From: a bacterium
GTDB taxonomy: Bacteria > Patescibacteriota > Patescibacteriia > UBA2196
Reading direction: 5' to 3'
NCBI GenBank assembly: GCA_035387885.1
Contig: DAOOOW010000004.1
Coordinates: 1 to 58,162 of the forward strand
DNA length: 58,162 nucleotides
Shown here: piece after piece, positions 52,301 through 58,162 of the stretch
Numbering within the stretch: the stretch's first letter is position 1
Layout of the letters: every line of letters begins with the position of its first letter
Notes under the pieces: generated by a model
What the model saw: only the letters and a program-made list of their open reading frames with translations
Database searches by the model: none
What the model was told of the DNA's origin: nothing
Translations under genes and position numbers: made by a program

Positions 52301-54272
52301 ATCTCACATCAGAGAGAGCTAATCCGTGTGGTCGAACTTTCTTTATATAATCCACATTTTCAGGGTTAAATAACTTTTGTTGCAACCCCTTATCATCATA
52401 TAATGCGAGTAAGTTGCTTGTTTCAGAGTGACTTGCTACCCACTTAAATTCTTTAGTTAATCGAATAGCAAGACTTTTTAATTCTGGAGATTTTAACTTA
52501 GTAATAGCACTAGGATCGTTTGCAATCGCTTCTAAAGTCTCTGCGCTTGGTAAACTAAAATAATCAAACAATTTGCAACCCATATCGCGTAAAGCATTAA
52601 TAGTTTGTACCATATTTGGATTATTGCCCAGTCGGATATAATACTCTGGGTTATGTAGATTTATTTGACCACCGAGTGCCTTTATAACTTTAGTTGTAGC
52701 ATCCTGAACTAGACCAGCACGGACTGTTGGGTTATTAAACACCTCTGCTAATATGCTCGAACCCTGAAAGTAAATGTCATCTTTACTAGGTCTATATCCG
52801 GCCCTAGATTCAAGAGCTTCCACAAACTTTGGAAATTCCTCATTAGTAAATGCTTCCATGACGCGAGCATCTGAAGTAACAGCGGAAAGAGTATTCAAAT
52901 CAAGATTGTATTCCTGGCCATCTTGATTACTTCCCCGTAAGCATTTCAATACAACTATTGCCTCTTCTCCCCTTGCCAAGCCTTCTCCAAACATTTTATC
53001 AAGACTTGAAAGTTCCTCCACAATTAAGGGATAACCTCTTAACTCTCCCAATAATCTAACAAATTCTCGTCTTGGAGCATCATTTAAAAATGCTTTTACT
53101 TTGGGTTGAGCTAATATTTCTTGTAAATATTGCACTACTTCTCGTCTTACTTCTTGCGGTTTAGATGTGGCCTCGTAGCTATCAAATAGTTTCCTTAATG
53201 ATGGGTGACTAAATAAATAATAATATCTATCTGTAGATTCTAAAGAAACACCAGAACGATATAGTTCAACTACCGGTTTCAGCAAACCAGCTTGATCCAG
53301 AGCTATGATATTTTCAAAGACAGGTATTCTTTCTCTATAACTTGAATCTGAACCGCCTAGATTATTTAAATATGCAACAAATTCTAAATAATCTGGATTA
53401 TTCATAATTGTCTGAAGTTGGCCAATTTCTGCAACTCCTACTCTCATATTTAATGCAGCAGCCAATGTATTTACTCTTTTTATTACTTCAAGTGGAAATA
53501 CTGTTTTTGGATCAGGATTTTGCGCGAGTTTAGCTAGAAATTCTATTTGCCCAACCTCAACAGTTTTGCCATATGAACCATCGTTTGCAAACCAATCACT
53601 ACCCCATCTAGAAATATCTTGCGCAAGTTCCAGTGCTTCTTTTGCATGAGGTGCTGTAAAAAATTTACCCAATTGTCTCATCTCATCGGGAGACTTTAAC
53701 ATAAAGTCACTAAACTCGAAACCAATTTTTCGCAATCCTTCAGCCAATTCTCTGGGGTTATTATCAACAGAGACTAAGTCTTTCATTAACCTGACATGCT
53801 CCCTTCCAAGGCGCAAAGGTACACTTCTTGTTAAAGTTAGACCTGCGTACTTACTATCTGTATTTTCGTAAAAATCGTCTACTTCACCATTCCATCCTTT
53901 TGCTTTCCAATCTTCGATAACTTTCTTTTTTTGCTCATCAGATAATCCAATTGGGACATTAACATCCTTACTTTCCCTTTCATAAACAGTTGACTCCAAA
54001 TAATCAGCTAATTCTTGAAAACGATCTAAATTTCTCATTCCTTCAATACGAGCTTGCATAAATAAAGTTTGTCTGTGGATTTTATCCATTATTAAGCGAG
54101 GTGTTATTGGTCGTTCTTCTTCTTGAAGATGAGGGTTTTTTCTATTTGCAGCTGCTTTTTCTATTTTACTCCATACATTTTGATCTAGTAAGGTTTTTAT
54201 CCCCTGACTTTCTATTATCGTTACTTTTTTAACAGGTAACACTTCCCTTAGTTTTTGTTCACATATATTCAT
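49368..54272 (-). CDS. Giant (1634 aa) repeat-rich, predicted alpha-helical cytoplasmic protein of unknown function
   Basis: It is an uninterrupted ORF with no signal peptide or TM segment. Degenerate ~60-90-aa modules recur, each containing an N[ND]P.. motif. Confidence 0.85.
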   Translation of the reverse strand: MNICEQKLREVLPVKKVTIIESQGIKTLLDQNVWSKIEKAAANRKNPHLQEEERPITPRLIMDKIHRQTLFMQARIEGMRNLDRFQELADYLESTVYERESKDVNVPIGLSDEQKKKVIEDWKAKGWNGEVDDFYENTDSKYAGLTLTRSVPLRLGREHVRLMKDLVSVDNNPRELAEGLRKIGFEFSDFMLKSPDEMRQLGKFFTAPHAKEALELAQDISRWGSDWFANDGSYGKTVEVGQIEFLAKLAQNPDPKTVFPLEVIKRVNTLAAALNMRVGVAEIGQLQTIMNNPDYLEFVAYLNNLGGSDSSYRERIPVFENIIALDQAGLLKPVVELYRSGVSLESTDRYYYLFSHPSLRKLFDSYEATSKPQEVRREVVQYLQEILAQPKVKAFLNDAPRREFVRLLGELRGYPLIVEELSSLDKMFGEGLARGEEAIVVLKCLRGSNQDGQEYNLDLNTLSAVTSDARVMEAFTNEEFPKFVEALESRAGYRPSKDDIYFQGSSILAEVFNNPTVRAGLVQDATTKVIKALGGQINLHNPEYYIRLGNNPNMVQTINALRDMGCKLFDYFSLPSAETLEAIANDPSAITKLKSPELKSLAIRLTKEFKWVASHSETSNLLALYDDKGLQQKLFNPENVDYIKKVRPHGLALSDVRSILDLDSARRDLIVKLVGQFSFSLDFSFLRSTEQQEMLDRLVQNDNLRRKLFSKQTQGVFNRLKTDFGYYRLEIRDIDTIVRAPSDFPDFIGELEKKYRYSFKSKDLMPLLQLAANKEGFNDLLDMLCNHGYQFGIEDITYISQLIPYAQKLPILFSTVNQILSSEEIYLEGSKVAEQYVFNVWDIPYLLQLEAFIDRLPAIVTTLGEVMEYKFNVRDSDQLAFIIAGGYTKEQLAGLKQIHDKYKDQDSDECNINSIRNLEFIQDNEDTIARLESYNYKFRLQHAPQLRSLLESPNKEVILQTLDILRDNFSFAYNPNISQYYVKLAQIPDIEDKLREARASIVKEDLMQENNFKLFVALRADAGLYNHARKFLSDVYFRNIRDAQNRLAQFNNRMLSEAIPEEVLVKIFSVSGKATELDRIALKYGITAEIARVAQNVDWYGPLLQTNNFQEANEAMTSMMIDLAIPVVYSGLQDEELDAKKNKLIELAGKEKEFDDILEIACRSVGVFGQKYSNKGQDFDILMGAIRQSLELNLERNPKVYAQKRAELSSHQFDRIFEGMPDDARERVMKIWLDLSPRRRLRVSGDVITVEEATLSRLNRIRDILHTDLSVHLQELFITKVKELEAAIEREETNGSRAEQFAIYKKYLMTPEGLMRKDILMMYRSVEKFIRNAQEALKNPETPKEEKGKLGKILGTYEAVSDSLKALYRLGTISEKRYEARRNYLKEIEKHIGEFSGALKRLKILDPDSRSTDVNTRALEEEVLLDFGKLKGAMAEENASGQIVFETESTVNFNDLAKAPEMTQSCQRLTEVTGLNHAAYSRLLDGSNEMIDIYEMRNGEKNRLSRSFIELSKVKLTGEDQARLAVLIDRQYVNPQYQNFTYQFSNEMMLHMLDRLSADPELSLVFDSNRFAVNSDVQEVLRARGYKLRKISEEYFVNESNVRLTKYYDSFGGLNNVAQPAWEFFDGFCIIEKI

Positions 54273-54555
54273 AGATTTATACTTCTTTATTTTTTAAAAA
54301 TTTAATTTTGTATAGATTCTCAACAAAATCAGCCCCAGAGTAATTCACCAAGAAAAAATTGCCATTCAACATCAGCTAATGCTCCAGTTGCAACACAGAT
54401 AACTCCAGAATTTAGGATAATTACAACAAAAAACACGAGAACTTGAAGTGATCAATTTTTTCAATAATATCTCAATTTTATTATACATTTTTTTATTGAT
54501 TTTTAGAAGGTCAACTTTTTTTAAAATAAGTTTTGATTTGGTTTAATAAATGCAC

Positions 54556-54591
54556 CAAAAAATCTCCCTCAAGGGAGATTTTTTGGTGCGC
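54556..54591. repeat. Direct repeat copy 2: the tRNA-Ile 3' end plus its terminator hairpin
   Basis: See 49221-49256. Here the stem extends to a 17-bp palindrome, GCACCAAAAAATCTCCC/GGGAGATTTTTTGGTGC. Confidence 0.85.
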
Positions 54592-54660
54592 GTACATGGG
54601 CTCGAACCATGGACCTCGACATTATCAGTGTCGCGCTCTAACCAGCTGAGCTATACGCGC
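54584..54660 (-). tRNA. tRNA-Ile(GAU)
   Basis: The reverse complement reads GCGCGTA-TA-GCTCAGCTGGTTAGAGC-G-CGACA-CTGATAA-TGTCG..CATGG-TTCGAGC-CCATG-TACGCGC-A-CCA. Confidence 0.9.
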
Positions 54661-54671
54661 TAAATAAATTT

Positions 54672-54748
54672 TGGTGGGCGACACAGGAATTGAACCTGTG
54701 ACCTTTACAATGTCAATGTAACGCTCTAACCAACTGAGCTAGCCGCCC
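54672..54748 (-). tRNA. tRNA-Val(GAC)
   Basis: The reverse complement reads GGGCGGC-TA-GCTCAGTTGGTTAGAGC-G-TTACA-TTGACAT-TGTAA..CAGGT-TCAATTC-CTGT-GTCGCCC-A-CCA. Confidence 0.9.
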
Positions 54749-54871
54749 ATAATTATTTGGTCAAATTTTACTGCCCATTTATTTTTTATTATAAACATTT
54801 TTAAAAATTTTGGCAAGGATAAATAAATTAGCCAAACAATTTAAAAAATGCTAGACTAAAATTATAATTTT

Positions 54872-55867
54872 ATGCCTGAAGAAAGACTTATCTCCAACAT
54901 TGCTAGAGATGAAGATCAAAAAATTGATCTAACTTTACGTCCGCAAAATTTAGATGATTTTATTGGTCAAAACAAGATTAAGCAAGGTTTAAAAATTTTC
55001 ATGCAAGCTGCTAAAAATCGTGGCGAAGCTTTAGAACATACTTTATTATACGGCTCACCAGGACTCGGCAAAACCACTCTGGCTCATATTATTGCCAAAG
55101 AAATGAACGCCAACATCCGAGTAACTTCTGGTCCGGCCATTGAAAGAGCTGGTGACTTGGCAGCAATCTTAACTAACTTAGAAGCTAATAATATTTTATT
55201 TATTGATGAAATTCACCGTTTAAATAAAACTATTGAAGAAGTCCTCTACCCAGCTATGGAAGATTATGCTCTAGATTTAATTATTGGCAAAGGACCCTCA
55301 GCTCGAACTTTAAGAATTGATTTGCCCAAATTTACTCTCATTGGCGCCACCACCCGTTTAAGTTTGCTGTCTTCACCGCTCCGCGATCGCTTTGGCACCA
55401 CCTATCGTTTGGATTATTACAATTTTGAAGAAATGGGTCAAATTATTAGTCGCTCAGCTAAAATTTTAAATTGCCAAATAGATTCAACCTCAGCCGAAAA
55501 AATTGCTACGCGTAGTCGTAAAACTCCTCGCATTGCTAATCGTCTCTTAAAAAGAGTTAGAGATTTTGCTGAAGTCAAACAAAATGGTATAATTGATGAG
55601 AATACTTGTGAAGAAACATTTAAAATGCTAATGGTTGATGAATTGGGTCTGGACGAAATTGATCGTGAAATTTTAAAAATTATTATCGAAAAATTTAATG
55701 GCGGTCCAGTTGGTTTAAATACTATTGCTGCTTCCACTGGCGAAGAAATGTCTACTATTGAAGATATTTATGAACCTTTTCTAATGCAACTCGGTTTTTT
55801 AGACAGAACCCCGAGAGGAAGAAGTGTCACAGATTTGGGCAAAAAACACTTAGGATACACAAAATAA
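54872..55867 (+). CDS. ruvB: Holliday junction branch migration DNA helicase RuvB
   Basis: Motifs present: LRP..LD.FIGQ, Walker [12 protein letters not shown]-like ([11 protein letters not shown]), [15 protein letters not shown] and PLRDRFG. Confidence 0.95.
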   Translation: MPEERLISNIARDEDQKIDLTLRPQNLDDFIGQNKIKQGLKIFMQAAKNRGEALEHTLLYGSPGLGKTTLAHIIAKEMNANIRVTSGPAIERAGDLAAILTNLEANNILFIDEIHRLNKTIEEVLYPAMEDYALDLIIGKGPSARTLRIDLPKFTLIGATTRLSLLSSPLRDRFGTTYRLDYYNFEEMGQIISRSAKILNCQIDSTSAEKIATRSRKTPRIANRLLKRVRDFAEVKQNGIIDENTCEETFKMLMVDELGLDEIDREILKIIIEKFNGGPVGLNTIAASTGEEMSTIEDIYEPFLMQLGFLDRTPRGRSVTDLGKKHLGYTK

Positions 55868-56008
55868 AAATCCGAAATCCTAAATTTGAAATTCGAAACA
55901 AATTCGAATATTTAATATTTAAATATTAAAAAATAAAATTTTATAATTTTGAATTTATAATTTAATTATTTTTCGAATTTCGATATTCGAATTTCGAATT
56001 TAAATCCA

Positions 56009-56233
56009 ATGTCTTTCCCTTTAATTATTATTTTAATTTTTTATTTAATTGTTACTTTATGTTTTTTAGTTTTTACTTTTTTTAATCTCTATCATGCCTG
56101 GCGTTTCGGTATGAATAGTTTTACTAATTTTTTTACCATTTTTTTATATGTTTTCAGTTTAATTATTCTGTTTATCTGGAGTTTAAGTTTCTTAACTGCC
56201 TTTGATTGGTCCACGGCCATAAACTTTTTTTAA
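56009..56233 (+). CDS. Small 2-TM membrane protein
   Basis: It is a 74-aa hydrophobic ORF placed between periodic-repeat spacers. Confidence 0.45.
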   Translation: MSFPLIIILIFYLIVTLCFLVFTFFNLYHAWRFGMNSFTNFFTIFLYVFSLIILFIWSLSFLTAFDWSTAINFF

Positions 56234-56337
56234 TAAAATTTTTAATTTCTAATTTAGAATTTATTTGAAATTTATTATTTGGATTTTGGAATTTATTTTT
56301 CCGCTTTTAGCGGATCCGCTAAAAGCGGAAAAATCTT

Positions 56338-56901
56338 ATGCCCTACCCTACCCTTTTCCCAGGTCAAGAACCAGATGAAAAAATAATCCTCGTACTCCGT
56401 AGGCACGCTTGGCATCTTTTTAAGATGATTTTTATCTATGCTGTTTTATTAATTTTGCCTTTCTTGTTACATTACATATTAATCATAGACACTGAAGCAT
56501 TGGCCACAGCACTTGGTTTGCTATTTTATAAAATGTTTTTAAGTTTATATTATTTTGCTTTAATCACATTTTTCTATCGCTCTTGGATAGATTATTATTT
56601 AGATATTTGGGTGATTACTTCTGAGCGTATTGTCAACATAGAACAACAAGGACTTTTTTCTCGTGAAATTTCTTCTTTCAGACTTTTTCGTATCCAAGAC
56701 GTTTCAGCTGATGTTAAAGGTTTATTATCAACTTTTTTTCATTTTGGTGATGTGCATGTACAGACAGCCGGCGCCGAATCCAATTTTATTTTTAAACAAG
56801 TGCCAGATCCCTATCGGGTTACTAAACAAATTATGGAATTGGTGGATTGGAAAAAAAAGCATATGTCAGAACAAGAAATAACTACTGAAGGGATAGAATA
56901 A
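56338..56901 (+). CDS. Membrane protein with a bacterial PH (bPH_2/YdbS-YdbT-like) domain
   Basis: Two TM helices are followed by ..TSERIVNIEQQGLFSREISSFRL..IQDVS.....LL...F.FGDV.VQTAG. Confidence 0.7.
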   Translation: MPYPTLFPGQEPDEKIILVLRRHAWHLFKMIFIYAVLLILPFLLHYILIIDTEALATALGLLFYKMFLSLYYFALITFFYRSWIDYYLDIWVITSERIVNIEQQGLFSREISSFRLFRIQDVSADVKGLLSTFFHFGDVHVQTAGAESNFIFKQVPDPYRVTKQIMELVDWKKKHMSEQEITTEGIE

Positions 56902-57010
56902 AAAATCATAATTCGTAAACCGTAATCTGTAATCTGTAAAAGGAATATATAATTAATTTTGAAGTCTTATTACGAGTTACAAATTACCAGTTACGAGTTA
57001 CTTTTATCTT

Positions 57011-58084
57011 ATGCTAACTTCTCTATTTAATTACCACCTACCCCAAGATTTGATTGCTCAGACCCCTATTACTCCCCGCGATCATTCGCGGCTTTTTGTT
57101 TATGACAGAAAAAATAATAAAATTAAACATGATTTTTTTTATAATTTAAATAAATATTTAAAAACTGGCGATTGTTTGGTTTTTAATAATAGCCAAGTTT
57201 TTCCAGCCAGATTAATTATGCAAAAAAAGACTGGGGGCAAAGTGGAAGTGTTTTTATTACGGGATTTGGGCAAGGGAAAATGGGAATGTTTGATTAGAGG
57301 AAAAGTAAAATTGAATTATGAATTAAAAATTATGAATTATGGGAAAAAATCAATCACTTCTGTAAATTTTTTGGGAAAAATTTTAAAAAAAACAGAAAAT
57401 GGTAACTGGATAATAAAATTTAACATCACAGGTAAAAATTTTTTAAATTTCCTAGATAAACATGCTGCCACTCCCCTGCCTCCATATATTAAAACTGCTG
57501 ACTCTAAAAAAATAAGACAACAATACCAAACTGTATATGCCAAAATCTCTGGCTCTGCAGCTGCCCCAACCGCTGGCTTGCATTTTACTAAAAAACTTTT
57601 GACTACTCTGGAAAAAACTGGCATAAGAACAGAATTTATAACTCTGCATGTCGGGCTGGGCACTTTCCGACCAGTCAAAACTAAAAATATTGAAGAACAT
57701 CAGATGCATGCTGAATATGCTTGCCTAGATCATGCCACAGCCAAGCATTTAAACGAAGTTAAAAAATCTGGTGGTAGAATTATTGCTGTAGGCACCACCA
57801 CTGCCAGAGTCTTGGAAACCGCCACCAATAACCTGGGTAAAATTAAACCACTTAATGATTTTATCAATCCTTTTTTTTATCCAAGTTATAAATTTAAATG
57901 CCTTGATGGCCTAATCAGCAATTTTCATTTACCAGAATCTACTTTGATAATGCTCTTGGCAGCATTTTTGTCTAACAATAAAACAAAAACTTGGGGTATT
58001 AAAAAAATTCAAGAACTTTACAAGGAAGCTATCCAGAAAAAGTATCGTTTTTATTCTTTTGGCGATGCCATGCTGATATTATGA
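57011..58084 (+). CDS. queA: S-adenosylmethionine:tRNA ribosyltransferase-isomerase
   Basis: Motifs present: Y.LP..LIAQ.P...RD.SRL.V, ATPLPPYI, YQTVYA...GS.AAPTAGLHFT, LHVG.GTF.PV, VGTT..R.LE, LISNFHLP.STL.ML..AF and YRF.SFGDAML. Confidence 0.95.
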   Translation: MLTSLFNYHLPQDLIAQTPITPRDHSRLFVYDRKNNKIKHDFFYNLNKYLKTGDCLVFNNSQVFPARLIMQKKTGGKVEVFLLRDLGKGKWECLIRGKVKLNYELKIMNYGKKSITSVNFLGKILKKTENGNWIIKFNITGKNFLNFLDKHAATPLPPYIKTADSKKIRQQYQTVYAKISGSAAAPTAGLHFTKKLLTTLEKTGIRTEFITLHVGLGTFRPVKTKNIEEHQMHAEYACLDHATAKHLNEVKKSGGRIIAVGTTTARVLETATNNLGKIKPLNDFINPFFYPSYKFKCLDGLISNFHLPESTLIMLLAAFLSNNKTKTWGIKKIQELYKEAIQKKYRFYSFGDAMLIL

Positions 58085-58162
58085 ACTTCAAAAATTATCC
58101 CCAACCATGTTTTAGGAACACACATTTGGCGGTTAATTAATTATGAAAAATATTAAATTCTT

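Overview
This 58-kb window is AT-rich, roughly 30-35% G+C judged by eye and not computed. It looks like a small-genome Patescibacteria/CPR-type bacterium. The 16S rRNA reads GTGCCAGCAGCAGCGG at the 515 site and has an altered anti-SD tail, and almost no native gene has a Shine-Dalgarno motif.

Housekeeping content:
- dnaG-rpoD, ruvB, queA, guaC and a YggU-like gene
- one stand-alone 16S rRNA with no 23S following it
- five tRNAs: Gly-GCC, two Asn-GUU, Ile-GAU and Val-GAC

Accessory content:
- a MacA/MacB-type HlyD plus ABC efflux set
- one much higher-GC gene for a secreted protein with a T9SS-type C-terminal sorting domain, which looks foreign
- a glycan cluster: GH130, a GT4-(alpha/alpha)6 fusion, an (alpha/alpha)6 hydrolase, GT4, a PIG-L deacetylase, PGI/PMI and a HAD phosphatase
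- a co-directional ~9-kb redox/metal supercluster. It holds two thioredoxin-fused DsbD_2 membrane proteins, a small thioredoxin, an orphan EncFtn-like half-ferritin plus a decayed copy, YibE/F, peroxiredoxin, Mrp/ApbC and a frameshifted ZIP. It ends in the uncharacterised DUF134 / MinD-ferredoxin / 2x NifX-like / DUF5320 module.
- an ECF sigma/anti-sigma pair
- a 7-kb block of membrane-anchored hypothetical proteins
- a 1634-aa repeat-rich cytoplasmic giant protein

The recurring structural theme is tRNA-linked repeats. Four of the five tRNAs sit next to direct repeats that copy tRNA ends or tRNA flanks. These repeats bracket inserted DNA: the giant gene, the 7-kb block and two GC-rich structured segments. 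No integrase gene is visible.

Intergenic spacers also carry unusual periodic arrays (7-nt and 8-nt units) and clusters of GC-clamped mini-hairpins. No CRISPR array, transposase, integrase or phage structural gene was seen.
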